Positions 1 to 13,872 of a stretch of 64,000 bases of DNA are shown here, one piece after another. The stretch lies in NCBI RefSeq assembly GCF_009914755.1, contig NC_060925.1; one strand, given 5' to 3'. The stretch comes from the human T2T-CHM13v2.0 reference genome, Homo sapiens. The first letter of the stretch is position 1, and every line of letters begins with the position of its first letter. The notes under the pieces are model-generated. The model saw only the letters and a list, made by a program, of their open reading frames with translations, had not been told where the DNA came from and ran no database searches. Position numbers and translations under genes: made by a program.

Positions 1-151
1 ACTACAGGCACCCGCCACTACCCCCGGCTAATTTTTTGTATTTTTAGTAGAGACAGGGTTTCACCGTGGTCTCGATCACCTGACCTCATGATCCGCCCGC
101 CTCAGCCTCCCAAAGTGCTGGGATTACAAGCGTGAGCCACCGCGCCCGGCC
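1..151 (-). mobile_element. AluY-type element (partial) with 12-bp left-arm deletion
   Basis: Alu consensus, CpG-rich; reads caccgtg|gtctcgatc, lacking ttagccaggatg. Confidence 0.88.
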
Positions 152-907
152 GGCTTCTTAAATAAGTCGACTTTGGGTGGACAGAATCTAACTCTGCCGT
201 CTCTTACAAGGTCCTAGCACACCCAGGACAGACCAAGCCCTCAGAACAGGCCCCTTTTTGGTGTTTATAGCATCTGCACTAATCTAGAGAAATGGTGGGT
301 CAGGCTAAGCTACTGATGCTGCTGCTAATTGACTCAATTGCTAATTGAGTCCCGGCTTTTCAACAGATAGAATGTGTTTTAGCTACACTGTATAGAAGGT
401 TTCATTTTGGTTGTGTGTGTTTTGATTCTCTTTGGGCTCTGGTATTGCTGTGTATCTGTGTCTGGTCACTGGGGCCTCGTGGGCTAATTTAGATCTCTTT
501 GAGCTGGTGGAATGCACAGATGCTGAGAATCAAAGGGTTCATTTTTGACTGACCAGAGTGGTTGGTTGCACATCTAGGGAATAAAGTTTTCTCTTTCATC
601 AGTCCAGTCAGTGGGCTAAACATAGAAGTAAGAAAGAGTAAGGAACTGCTGCTATTTTATGGACTTTACACTCCAGCTTCTCATCTACTAAAGGGCAACA
701 TACTACATAGGTGTTGATCTCATTTCATTGTTGATGCTGGTCACAGCCTGCCCTAAAACCAGGTGTAAAACAGACAATCTCTCTCTTCAGCCTGTGTTTG
801 CCGCATACTCCTCAGAATCCCACTTTCACAGGACCCCTCCATGGCAGCGCCATATGGTCTGGCTTTTCCGAACCCATCAAAATTTACTTGTCTTGGCTCA
901 TACACAA

Positions 908-951
908 ACATGCACGTGCGTGCGTGCACACACACACACACACACACACAC
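908..951. repeat. Alternating purine-pyrimidine tract ending in (CA)n
   Basis: acatgcacgtgcgtgcgtgcacacac...ac. Confidence 0.9.
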
Positions 952-1577
952 TTTCCAAGTGCCCTAACATACATTATTTCACTTATTCTTTACAACAATC
1001 CTAAAATGCAGGTATTTTAAATTTCAAAGTAAATCCTAATATGTAGGTATTAATAATCCGTATTTGTCAAGGAAGGTAACAAGTCTAGAAGAGGTAAAAT
1101 GACTTGCATGCCTTCACACACAAAAGTAAATAGCAGGGCCAGGGCTCAAACCCAGAGCTCCTGAATCCAAACCCTTTGCTATTTTCCCACCACACAACCC
1201 CGAGTTTCATTCTGTGATACTGGCTTCCTGCATTATGACTTCCAAGCAAATGTGCCTCTCCTAGATCAATTCCATGAGGCCAGTTTTGTGGAGCCCGCGG
1301 GCCCCATGACAGGCCTGTGGGGAGAGGGTCTGTGTCATGCTAGCCTTTTAGATGCCTTTCAAACTGCTCCGTGAATGCATGATCCGGCCTCCTGTGTCTG
1401 TGGCCAGTTTGGCTGTCATTTTCCCAGGAAGTTAGTTCATTCCAATGAACAGAACTGGTAACATAGGAGATAAGATTAACTCTGGGGACAGAGGAAACAG
1501 AAGGAGTTGAGAGACACCAGAAAATTAGAGGAAAGAAGGCATATAGCACAGGATAATTAGCTTGGGGAGCAGAAGAG

Positions 1578-1579
<2 letters not shown>

Positions 1580-1625
<46 letters not shown>
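1580..1625. repeat. (GT)23 microsatellite
   Basis: Uninterrupted GT run. Confidence 0.95.
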
Positions 1626-1626
<1 letters not shown>

Positions 1627-3023
1627 GGAAGAGGGAGCCCCTGCTGGGGCTTTCTATTCTGTAGGGGAGAGAGGGAGCGAAGCCCTTTCCTATAGAATTG
1701 GCTTCCACTGGCAAGTGGCTATGATGAGCAGGCCTGAGATTTTCCTCCAGCATATATAAGTGTCATAATTTTCTTTCAATGGCAAAAGAGACTATCCTGG
1801 GTGATGTTCAAGGAATGTCTGGCCAGGGCACAGAGGAGACTTTGTTCATTTTTGCAGCATGGTTATTTCTGAGATGCTGCCAAAGCTAACTCTCTGGGCT
1901 ATTGGTACAGAAAGAGAAAGTTGTCTGTATCGTGCACATAGGGACTTGGCTCTGGGAGAAGGGGAGCTGATGCTGGAGAATCACCTGTCTGTCTTTACTC
2001 CTTCTCCCTCTTTGCCCTATAGTTCTGCTTGTTTGTCTTCCCTTTAGTTTTGAATTTGACATATAGTGATTTTACCCAGCAAGTGGAGTACATTAAACCT
2101 GAAAGTCCAAGTGCCAGTTTCAAATAAAACTCAGCTATTTTTGTTTGACCTTTTCTTCCACTTAGATCTCCTATATCCAAGACATTTTTGCATCTATGGA
2201 ATTTTGTAAAGTAGTCAATCTGATTACTGTGCTGTATCTCCTACTCCATACTCCTGAGTGTAGGAATGCTTTGTGTAAGCCCATGACATAAGCATTCATA
2301 TCTCCTGGCAAACCATAGCCCGGCCCATCACATTCTTATGCTGAGGCAGATATTGTGATAGAGAAAGGGAGAATAAAGTTTACTTTTATTTTGTATGGAA
2401 GAATCTGAGAATTATTCCACTCTGATAATATGAAAGAAAGTGCTATGGAGTAATTATAACAAAGAACTCAATCCTCCCTCCTTGCTCCATTGGATTAAAG
2501 GTTATCTGGAAAACGTGCAAAGTGCATGAGAGAGTGACCGCAGCCACTGAGCGGAGGCAGGAGGAATGGAGATGGGTCCAGCTGGAGGCAGTGGGATGGC
2601 TGTGGGACCAGGAGGGGAGATCAATGGCAAAGCAGCCTGCAAAAGTCACAGAATGCCCAACTGGAGTAGAATACTCTGGAAGAAAGCCTCTCAATTATTC
2701 TCTCTCTTCCCAGAGTTCTTTCCCGTAATTACTTCTCATTCTTATTTAGCTCTTTTAAAAGTACAAAAAGTGCAAATTACCCCACAGGCAATTGGGGAAA
2801 ACTTTGAAATCCCATCCCTGAATGAGAGGTTTGAGCTTTCTGGATCTCTTCTGGAGAGTAGCTTTGTCTTTCTTTTTCTCTGTTTTTCCTTGATCTGAAT
2901 AATAAGGGCAAAACTTCTGTCTGAAGGAAGGCATGAGAATGATTTAGCTTGAAGAGTAAAATGATGAAAGAAGTCATCCTCATAGGTATCTTGGCTAATG
3001 TACAACTCTAAAACCTCTTTCAG

Positions 3024-3278
3024 CTCCTGAAATACCCACTATTGATCAGGCATATTCAAAACTCAGCAACAGTATCACTGTAGAATGGGCTACAGTGCCG
3101 GGTGCCACCAGTTACCTCCTCACGGCTGAAGACGGGGACACAGTCATTGAAACCACGGTGGCCAATTCCCCAGGCACTGTGACGGGACTAAAGGCTGCAA
3201 CCTGGTATGAAATCACCATCAGATCCATCAGCGCTGCTGGGAGAAGCCAGGCGTCACCTCCAAAGCAGGCAAAGACAG
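3024..3278 (+). CDS. FNDC7: FNDC7 coding exon, FN3 module 1 (APEIPTIDQAYSKLSNSITVEW...ASPPKQAKT)
   Basis: ctctttcag| acceptor and |gtggct donor; 255 nt, phase 1-1, open frame with FN3 Trp/Tyr pattern (ITVEW, GLKAATWYEITIRS); splices in frame to the next exon. Upstream exons not found in window. Confidence 0.93.
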
Positions 3279-4036
3279 GTGGCTGGATGGATGCTCATCC
3301 TCCGTTGAGTGTTTGCTTGTGACTTGGATCAGTTATCCTGGTGCTGCAAATGCAGAATGTGATTTGGTGTCACATGAGTGCCTACAATTCAAGGCCCAGA
3401 AGTGAAAGCTACCAAATGATGCTGTTTGAGAATTCAGCTATCTGCGGAGGAGGTGGCATTTAAATGCCAGCTGCTTTGCTTTGGAAAATAAAGCCCATTT
3501 CTGGGCATCTTTAAAAGCATCCCAGCTTTTAAATCTCTGAAATAGGGATTTCTGGTTTTAACACGCCAAATGAAGAACACAGAGAAGGGATTTTGCTGCA
3601 CTCTGACCGTATGGCATATATGTTAACAAAACAAATAAAAGCATTTGGAGTTTGTCATCAGCATTACTGAAATTGATTTGATAAAGTTGTACCTAGGCAT
3701 ATTTCTGAAAAGTTATGTGCACATTAAAATGGTGTAACCCCTAATTTTCCCATTGATTTATATTATGATTATAGGAATGTTTTATCTAATTTCTGACTAA
3801 CTTCAGTTAAAAGTAGTGCCTGATATTTAGCGTTTCTCTGTTTCCCATTCCTCTGCCAAGTCATTTATGATTAGTATACACTTAAATAGCAATTATTTAA
3901 TGAAACTTTGTTGTGAATGCTCTTCTAAAGCAAATAATTATTGTATAATTATGGATATCAATTTACTTGCTTCTAAATTTGAATTATCCTCTATTGGACT
4001 TTGGTAACACAAATGCATGTGTTTTTATTTTTTTAG

Positions 4037-4297
4037 TGTTGGCTGCACCAATTCTAGAAGTAAGCTCTCCAAGTTCAGACTCCATTCTTGTGCAGTGGGA
4101 AGCTGTATATATGGCAATTGCATTCTCCGTGTCCATTATGCGAGCCAATGGCTTGGGGAGTATATGGAAAGAGAATACTACAAACACCTCCTTGACATTC
4201 ACCAGTTTAGAAGCCGGAACTCTCTACACCATAAAGGCCTATGCATGGAATGCCAACAGAATCCCTGGGGATGACTCCACCTGCAATCAGAGAACAA
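4037..4297 (+). CDS. FNDC7: FNDC7 coding exon, FN3 module 2 (VLAAPILEV...STCNQRT)
   Basis: Poly-T/ttag| acceptor, |gtaaga donor; 261 nt, phase 1-1; SILVQW and LEAGTLYTIKAYA FN3 motifs; inside ORF 3967..4431. Confidence 0.95.
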
Positions 4298-4993
4298 GTA
4301 AGAACTTCTCAGCTCAGCCTCGAACAATTCTACTTTTGATTAATGAGGGGGGCTGTGTGTTGCAGCCATCAAGGGCAGTGTTACATGACAAGTACAGAGC
4401 AGCTGGCAACAGCTATTTAAATTTATTATAAAGTTATTTATAGTGCCTTGTCTATTCCTCCTCGGTAGTTTAAACGCTTCCTGCATGGATAAAGAAATGC
4501 TACTCAGAATGCACACAGCATGGCTCCGCCCTCTAATATCCAACTCAATTGCAGCATTCACATTCGACCTCACACAAAAGAAGATGATTCTTGTTAAGTT
4601 TACCCATCACCCCTTGTCCCTTTCTGGGTTCAGGCCAATTAGTATAAGAATTGGGCCAAATAGGAATTCATTTGTTCAGCAGATACTGAGTGAGTGTGTG
4701 CCAACTTTGAGCTGGCATTGTTCTAGAGATACAGCAGCAAGCAAAGCAAGGTTTCTGCAGGCACAGTGCTTGATGCTGCAGTGGAATTCATGTTTCAGAT
4801 CTGTTTCCCAAAGGCCTCAGCTTGGGTCTGAAGTCAGCATGGGGCTTCCCACTATTGCTCCTCCAGCTGTGGGGAGAAGCTGAAGCTTGGTGTGCATTTT
4901 CTCACCGTCCCACCTAGAGGTCCCCCGAGCAAAGGACTCTGCAGCATTACAACTGGAGGTCCAAATTGAGCTGCTGGAGTGAGCCAAGCGAAT

Positions 4994-5017
4994 GAGAGAG
5001 AGAGAGAGAGAGAGAGA
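4994..5017. repeat. (GA)n microsatellite
   Basis: Direct reading. Confidence 0.9.
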
Positions 5018-5767
5018 ACGAGAGGGGGTGTTTTTTCTTTCCTTGAGGCAGAGTAAGCCATCCACTGGCAATGTAACCTACATAGATAGGAGACTCTCAC
5101 CAACCAGATTAGCTGTTTCTCCACTTGGGGAGGACACAGGAAAGGATGGAAAGAAACCAGAAATGTTCTCTCCAACTTTCCCTAAGTTTGGAGGGGAATG
5201 GAAGCCCCATAGTGTATGGGCCAAGGCAGAATGTAGGGAGAAGAGAGGGGTTTGCCTTTTATACTATTTCCCTAGGGAGGTAGTATAATCATAGCCCTGC
5301 GGTGATTCATGACAGTCTTGGTGAGTCAGGATGTCTGTGACAAGTCAGTCTCCCTGGGCCTTTTCCTAGGCTGGCTGGCTTGCTTTCTTCCCTCCTTCCC
5401 TTATCTTCCCCTCCTGTCCTTCCCTTTCCTTTCCCTTTCACACTGCTTTTTTCTTTCCACATTTGTTGAGGGCCCACTGTGTGCTGGGCATAAGTTAGCT
5501 GATGGAAATACAAAAGCAAATAAAGCATGATCCCTCCATTCAAAGAATGGACTATGTCAAAGGAGAGACCAATGGTGAGTCAGCGTTTCCAGTTTCACCT
5601 GACCAGTGCTTTGGCAGAAGGCTGCCGACACAGCGAGGCACAGGAGGCAGCATCTTCATCAGGCTGGGGCACTGAGACAGCATCCCCTAGAATAACTTGT
5701 TTCTTAAAGACTTCCCCTACATAGGTTTCCCCATGTTTTACAAAGCTTTACAGAGTTTAGATTTCAC

Positions 5768-6176
5768 CTCTGGATTAGTTTCCTAGGGCTGCTGGAACCA
5801 CAAACTGGGTGACTTGAACAATAGAAATGTTTGGTTTCATGGTTCTGGAGGCTACGAAGTCTGAAATCAAGGTGTTGGCTAGGTTGGTTCCTTCTGAGGG
5901 ATGTGAGGAAGAATCTGTTCCAGGCCTCTCTCCTTGGCTTGTAGATGGTTATCTTCACATTCACATGGAATTTTCCCTATATATGTGTATCTGTGTCCAA
6001 ATTTATTCTTTTAATAAGGAAATCAGCCATATTGGATGAGGGCCCACCCTAATGATCTCATCTTACCTGATTACATCTGCTATGACCCTATTTCCAAATA
6101 AGGCTACATTCTGAGAGTACTAGGGGCAAGAACTTCAACATATGAACTTGGAGGGAACTCAAGTCAACTCATAACA
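5768..6176. mobile_element. MLT1-family (ERVL-MaLR) solo LTR
   Basis: ttagtttcctagggctgc...gttctggaggct...aaatcaaggtgttgg...ccctatttccaaataagg...ataaca resemble MLT1A/B; subfamily uncertain. Confidence 0.75.
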
Positions 6177-6427
6177 GGCTCTCACTACTCTACCTATTTT
6201 TCCTAGTTCTCCCATGCTTCCTGTGGGAAAAGCAAGTTGCCCTAAAACACTGCAGGCTACCCCTACCAGCCCTGGGCCCAGCACTTCCCTAAAGCAGAAC
6301 TGCCTCTGCAGACTAGCTGACCATGCAGTGGGAAGGGGCCTGTCGAGATGGCCCACGGGAAAATCATGGCAGATGCCTGCCTTACAGAGAATGAGTTAGG
6401 TCCTCATGTCCTCAAAGAGGCCTTCCC

Positions 6428-6722
6428 GGCCGGGCACGGTAGCTCACGCCTGTAATCCCAGCACTTTGGGAGGCTGAGGCGGGTGGATCACGAGGTCAGG
6501 AGATCAAGAACATCCTGGCTAACATGGTGAAACCCCGTCTCTACTAAAAATACAAAAAATTAGCAGAGCATGGTGCCGGGCGCCTGTAGTCCCAGCTACT
6601 CAGGAGGCTGAGGCAGGAGAATGGCATGAACCCCGGAGGCGGAGTTTGCAGTAAGCCAAGATTGCGACACTGCACTCCAGCCTGGGTGACAGAGCGAGGC
6701 TCCGTCTCAAAAAAAAGAAAAA
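6428..6722 (+). mobile_element. Full-length Alu (Y/Sc-like)
   Basis: Dimeric Alu, A-tail, TSD aaagaggccttccc at 6414-6427 and 6723-6736. Confidence 0.95.
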
Positions 6723-7574
6723 AAAGAGGCCTTCCCTGTTTGCCCCAGACATGTCCAGAGGATGCTGGTCTCTGCTCACAGACTGTTTAAGCAGTTTCCT
6801 AAGGCCTGCTGCGTGGGCGTTATTACAGTACAGATTCCAAAGAACGGAGGCCAATTTCTCCCCTCCCCAGGCCAGGACACCTTCTTACGCTTTTTTAATG
6901 CGGTAACTCTTAAGAAAGGAAGGTATATTTACAAGAATGTAGGGTTAAGTGTTTTGGAGACACTAAAAGACTGCCTTAATATGTATGCATCACACTTGAC
7001 ACCTTCCTTCCTTCCTTTTGATAATGAATGGAAAGAAAATCTGCTCCTCTAGAAACAATTATGACCGAAAAGCTATTACAGTAAAAGTTGTAGCAGATGT
7101 CAAAAGTAACGAAGGGATATGTTTAGTTTCATTGATCAATAACAGAAAATATTTGACCTATCACTTAATAATAACGTACCCACGTGGCCCTTTTAGTTCT
7201 CCCCATTTATAATTTCATTTAACTATTTTAACTACTTATTAAATAATGCATTAATTCATTCAAAATATGTCTTTTGGCACCTATAGGTGTTAGGCATGGA
7301 TCTTATTAGATCTATTTAGATATAAGAAAAAAATAAATAACAAAAAGGGTAAATAATATGGGGTCAAGGTCACACAGTATATTATGAGTTTGCATAGTAG
7401 CAGATGAATTACCAGTTCCCAGGCATCATCCTAAATCCCAATTTTATGCTTTGAACACTTGTAATTATCCAACTATTGGGTACCTTATCCTCCAGGCTCT
7501 GCAACATTGTTATGCCAACTCTTACGTAGTTTGTAAGGCTACTACAAAATCTTAATTGTTTCTCTAAAATGTAG

Positions 7575-7832
7575 GTCCTCGGGCCCCTGCCAACATTCAA
7601 GTCTCTTTCGATAGTGGAGCTCTGAAGGCATCTTTTTCCTGGGCACTGGCAGAAGGAGCTTTCAATTATACTGTGATGGCTTTGAGCGACTCTTCAGAGC
7701 TGACCTGCAGTACAACTTTCAGTTCCTGCACCATCTCTTCCCTCCAGTGTGGAACTGAATACTTGATTTCAGTTTTAGCAAGTAATGATGCTGGATCTAG
7801 CAAATCATCTTCAGCAATGACCCTGAAAACTG
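7575..7832 (+). CDS. FNDC7: FNDC7 coding exon, FN3 module 3 (SPRAPANIQV...SAMTLKT)
   Basis: gtag| acceptor, |gtatgt donor; 258 nt, phase 1-1; absent from ORF track, translated by hand: ASFSW...CSTTFSSCTISSLQCGTEYLISVLASNDAG. Confidence 0.92.
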
Positions 7833-9710
7833 GTATGTAAACAAGAGTGAGACTGCTGTCGGGCTTGCAGCCCTGACTGCTGTAAGGGAGACGTTCACTG
7901 ACAATGTTTCTGAATACTCTGGAAAAAATGAAAATGAAAGCCTCGTCTAAATGAAAGCATAGAGTTGGACATTCTCATGAGTTTGAATAATATTGATAGT
8001 GAAGCGAGATATTGTGTATTGCAAAAAGCACTTTTTGGAAAATTAGGAGGCCTGGTTTCTATTCCAGATCTTTCATTAATTAGTTTTTTCTTTTTCCTTT
8101 GTAAAGCTGTGAAAATTCTAAGATGTGATTTGAGTTGTACACAGCTCTAACTGTGCATACAGATAACTGCGTCTTCTTTGTGTCATGTCTCATGTCCTAG
8201 GCTTGGTGGGAGCCGCCATTTTTTTAAGAAAAAGATAGGATATTTCTAGTTCTGAACATGTGTTTAGATATTTTTCCATTTTCATTCTTATCAGAGAGAT
8301 AACCACATACACATGTGGAAGTTGACTCCTCTATTTAGAAATATCTATGTGTCTTGGGGATGGAAACTAACACTTAATGAAACTAACACTTAATGAAGAC
8401 CTACTATGTCTCTGGCACTATAAGTATGTTATTTCATTTAAATCTCATGACAACTCAGTGAGGTGGGTTCTATTTTCTCTTTTTTTACATAAGAAAATTG
8501 AAGCTCAGAGAAGTTAAATAATTTTCCTAAGGGCACACCGATAATAAGTGGTAGAGCTGAGATTCAAGCTGCTCAAGTTTGCCTAATTCCAATGCTTAAA
8601 GCCAAAGAAAATGTTGACAATTACAATAATATCTACTTTATCTAACAGTCAGTTATGTCATTCTAAGTTTAAAAAGCTTCTGAACAGAAAGAAAAGGAGC
8701 TGTCATCAAGTTGATGCACTCCATTCCACAGGAAAAAAAAAATAAAGCTATTCTTTCAGGCCCGCACTCTCTTATAGTTATGTTAAATTAAGGTCAATGA
8801 TAACAGACTTGATGATTTGGCTTCTCTTTTGACAACTGTGATTTAATGTGAATGGTACATTAGAAGCGATTATGAGGACAAGATAGCTAAGAGTGGGAGA
8901 AGAGAGAAAAAATACTTTCAAAAGCATAGCAGTTCTGAGTTACGCAGTTAGGCATTTAATGCAGGGGAGAACCATGCAGAGTTTTTAAATCTTGGACACA
9001 CATTAAGAGCATCTGGGGAACTTTTACAAAATCCCAATACCCAGGTCCCACTTAAGACCAACTGGAGTTGCTGGGAATAGAATTTGGATATGAATAGTTT
9101 GTAAAAGCTCCCCAGTTGATTCTACTATGCAGTCAGGGTTAGGTGCCATTGAAATAATCCTTCACACTTAACAGGTCCAGGATGTTCTAAGGCAGTTTGT
9201 GTATAACACAGTCATGATCATAGGGATGACCTTGACTTATTAATAAAAGAACTATGTTTACAAACTACGGTGTGTCTCCTGGGGCCCAGAAGTGTGTAAT
9301 ATATTTCGGGAAGATTTCCACTAGAGAAAACTAAAATTTTTAAAGCTTAGCACTTGAATGAACAAACTTTACTTGAATTCATTCTTTCAGAAGATTTTGT
9401 TCCATCAATAAATGAGGCATTATGTGGATAAATGAGGTATTGCCTTAACACAGAGAAACAGTCAATATTAATCAAATCAATACATGCCTGCTTTTGACAT
9501 AGTCTAGCACTTATTGTGTGAGATAAATTTTAGGACATCTGAGAATGTCTCCTGGGTTTGTACTGAGTTGTACATACTATTTGATTTGTTCCTTATTCGT
9601 AGCATCTAGTATCTTAACTCTATGCTTAAGATGCTCCCTGGAGGATGTAATGGGCATGAGAATGTATTCTGTCATTCAGTGCATGAGAGGCTGCAGTTAG
9701 AAAAACTTTC

Positions 9711-10355
9711 CAGGTTGCACACAGGGGCTCATGCCTGTAATCTCAACACTTCAGGAGGCCGAGATGGGTGGATTGCTTGAGTCCAGGAGTTCAAGACTAG
9801 CCTGGGCAACATGGCTAGACCCCGTCTCTACAAAAAATACAAAAATTAGCTGCTCATGGTGGCATGCACCTGTAGTTCCAGCTACTCACGAGGCTGAGGT
9901 GGGAGGATCACCTTAGCCTGGGAGGCAGAGGTTGCAGTGAGCTGAGATCGCACCACTGCACTCCAGCCTGGGTGACAGAGCGAGATCTTGTCTCCAAAAA
10001 AAAAAAATTAATTAATTAATTAATTAAAAAATAAATTTAGGCTGGGCGCATTGGCTCCTGCCTGTAATCCCAGCACTTTGGGAGGCTGAGAGGGGAGGAT
10101 CACTTGAAGTCAGGAGTTCAAGACCAGCCTGGCCAACATGGTGAAACTTTGTCTCTACTAAAAGTACAAAAATTAGTTGGGCATGGTGGTGCACACCTGT
10201 AGTCCCAGATGCTTGGGAGGTTGAGGCAAGGGAATCACTTCAGCCCAGGAGGTGGAGGTTGCAGTGAGCCGAGATCACATCACTGTGCTCCAGCCTGGGC
10301 AACCGAGTGAGACTCTGTCTCAAAAAAAATAATAAATAAAATAAAAAATAAATTT
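9711..10355 (+). mobile_element. Two tandem Alus (~9711-10005 and ~10040-10355) separated by (AATT)n
   Basis: Two Alu consensus matches, each with an A-rich tail. Confidence 0.9.
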
Positions 10356-10990
10356 AAAAAAATAGTTTTTTTAATAAAAGAATTTTCCATGCTATGGAGG
10401 CTTTACAGATAAACCCCCAGAAAGACCCAGCTCCATTCCTTCCTACTTATGTGATCTTAGACAACTTACCAACCTCTATAAGCCTCAGTTTCCTCAATTG
10501 TAAAATGATGATAGTTGCTGGAAGAATTAGAGAATATATTAATATAAAACACAATGAATGATGTCTGTATTTTAATCTCTAAAACAGGTAACTTCTGGGA
10601 TATTCATTATTCCACTCAAGCCAGACTAGCTTCATCTCTGGATGAAGTCAAATATTTCAACAAATAATCTAACGATGAAAATTTGTATGTCTTAAGATGA
10701 CTATGAATCTCTGATGGCTCATTATTTCAAACAATATTTCATATAACAAGAGAATGTGAGAGGTCATTAAAATTTGTTGTAGTGGTTTGGGGCCTGTAAC
10801 ATAGCCTTTGGTCCTATAAAGAAAATCTTCTAATGCTTCCAGTGCACAGTTTTGCATTTTGTGCACCAAATTCAATCTGTCACAAAGCTCAGAGTTGCTA
10901 ATTTGGGTTGTATTGAAATCTTGGATAATTGCAAAGATGCGAAGAAAATCTCCTGCAGTAGTCTCATGTTTATTATTGATCATTTCCTAG

Positions 10991-11245
10991 TTGCTTGTGC
11001 ACCCGGAAGAGTGACGATCCAAGAAGATCCCCCTGGCCACCTGTCTGTGGCTTGGTCCAGTGTAGATCTGGGTGACTACTATGTGGTCTTTGTGAAGAGT
11101 GATGATGGCTTGGAAGTACACTGCAACACATCTCTCACTCAGTGCAACTTCTTATCTGAGTGTGGCTTCACTTATTTTATTAGTGTTTTTGCCTATAACA
11201 AGGCAGGGCAAAGTCCTTTGGGTGACATATTCAATTATACCACAG
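10991..11245 (+). CDS. FNDC7: FNDC7 coding exon, FN3 module 4 (VACAPGRV...DIFNYTT)
   Basis: ttcctag| and |gtaagt; 255 nt, phase 1-1; within ORF 10852..11328. Confidence 0.95.
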
Positions 11246-12284
11246 GTAAGTCCCATTTGATGTTTGTTAAGGGAGTTCTGAGATCTCTAACCTCAGCAGC
11301 AGAATGGATCACCTATTCCACTTATTGACTTACCACCTGGGAGTCATTCTAGAGCCAAGAACAGAAAGTAATCTCTTATCTCACATTCTTTCCAGACTAG
11401 GGAATTTTGGCTTTGTGGACCTAAGCATAACTAGACTGCAAGGTTTGGGAGTGAAAAGAGGAGAAAGAATGTAGTTGTTCAACCTTGCTCTGAAAGATTG
11501 AACTCGCCACAAAGATGTACTCAGTGAGTGTTCTAGCATGTGCTGCTGCCAGAGAGAAGGCAGTGCCTCCGTTTCAGGAGGTCACTCTTTCCCTGAGACC
11601 AAGACAGACATACAATGGCCAAGACGCTACATGGTGTGGAGGGCTTTGGAGTAGGACACCTGGGTTTACACCCTAACTTGACCACTAATTCATTCCTTCA
11701 GTGAGGATAATGATGCCCACCTTGCTAGTTCCTTAGTATCCTCCACTGCAAAATGGGACAAATCATGAAAACATGAATGTAAAAAGGTCTTGTGTGTGAC
11801 AAAGCATGATGCACATATTTTTATTATTAGCATCACCGTTGCTGTTGCTATTATTCTCCTCTACTAGGCTTGCATCTTGTACAAGGCAGGAATTATGTCT
11901 TATTTATCTCTTCATCCTCAGTGCTTATAATAGTGTGATCAGCATATGGGAGATGCTCAAGTTTTGAAGAATGAGTGGAGTGATTTGAAATTAAATAACT
12001 ACATTACAAATAAGAATACTCAAACATAATTATGTAAAAGTCTAGCTGAATTACAGTAAATTTTGACAGGATGAGGGATCTAAATCATTGGTGCCTTTGG
12101 AATGTGGAAAAAGAGGCTATCGATAAGGTCCCGACACGAGAGGGCCCTCCAGAGTGGCCTTGAACTGGATCTTGAAGGATGAATGGGAATGTAGGTGGGG
12201 CAAGAGCATCCCAGGGAAACTCCAAGCTGAGTCAGACATTTGCCAGTGGGGTTCTTTAGGGTCTCTTAAGACCTACCTATATAC

Positions 12285-12600
<316 letters not shown>

Positions 12601-13048
12601 CTACTTATATAACTGTGAGCCCTACCCCCCAGTTTTATTTGGTTTACTGTCTGGAAAGGCTGACAGGATCTGAGAAGTTAGACTGCATATGATTTTACCA
12701 GGCAGAAGAGGGGAATGGCTTTCCAGTGGAGGGGTCAGCAATCTTCTCTGCATAGAGAACAAGGGCGCACGTGGCGTGGGGGAATTGAGGAGTCTGGTGT
12801 GGCAGGGAGTGGGGGGAGTACAGCAGAACCTTATAGCTTGCAATGACCTTCAATGTCATGCTGAGGATTTACCCTCTATGCAGTGGCAATTAGGCCAAGA
12901 TTGGACCTTGACAGACCCATAGGGAGTCACTGTAGTCATCAGGGAGGGCAGTGGCAGAGGCTCTGGGCATGGGAGGTCAGGACACAGTGTACCCCCAGCT
13001 GCATTGCTCTTGATGGGACCACCATTTTCCCTCTGCTCCTGCTTTCAG

Positions 13049-13306
13049 CTCCCTGTTGTCCTAGTGACATTAACCCCGTGTTGGTGTCCAGTGACAGAGT
13101 TGAGATTGTCTGGTCTCCTGTCCGTGGTGCCGAACTGTATGAAACCAAGGCTGTAGATGGGTACAACATGGTTGAGTGCAATGACACTACTCCTGCGTGC
13201 ACCCTTTCGGCTCTAGAGTGTGACACCAAGTACAACATCACAGTGTATTCATTCAATGAAGTCCGAGGCAGCAATATGTCATGTACTCCCCAGTTCATAA
13301 CCACAG
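13049..13306 (+). CDS. FNDC7: FNDC7 coding exon, FN3 module 5 (APCCPSDI...PQFITT)
   Basis: Pyrimidine tract + cag| and |gtaagg; 258 nt, phase 1-1; within ORF 12883..13347. Confidence 0.95.
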
Positions 13307-13872
13307 GTAAGGCACAGCTATCATTCCACTCACTGGTGTCTGAATGATTCACCCCAGCTCTGAGCCTCAGGATGGGCATTCAGTGAGACCAATAAAAAGG
13401 TTAAATCCCATTAATCAATCTTTGTGGAGACCAAGAGAGCCCCCGTTGTACGAAGGAGAGGCAGAGGAGAAGGCAGAAGAGGAAAGTGGAAAAAATGAAA
13501 ACAAAAGGGGAGACCACGGGGAGAGTAGAAGGTTTTGCCCATGATGACTTCAGCCATTCGGTTCCTCCTATCTTTGAGGGGCCTGCCTGTACTCACACCA
13601 TGAAGGTGTATAAATATGTTTCTTACTTACTTTTGCTTTTGGAGTTCACAATGCTTTTAAACATTTTCCAGCTAGTCCAGTACTCTATGAACCCAATGCC
13701 CTGTGTTAATGTCAACAGTTCCCCACGCATAGGCACTATGAATTTGGCCCGCATGCATGACGTGGTTGAAAACTGTGATGATCTCACTGGGGGCAAAATC
13801 AGTTTTAGACCAAATGGCACATGTGATATTTTTGACTCATGCTGGTTCAATTAATACTCTAAAATGTCTTAG

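Noticed and set aside
8363-8397. 16-bp exact tandem duplication gaaactaacacttaat
   Set aside because: Ordinary slippage at the edge of a MIR-like remnant; no functional hint.
12939-13379. 146-aa antisense ORF over FNDC7 module 5
   Set aside because: Shadow frame of a coding exon.
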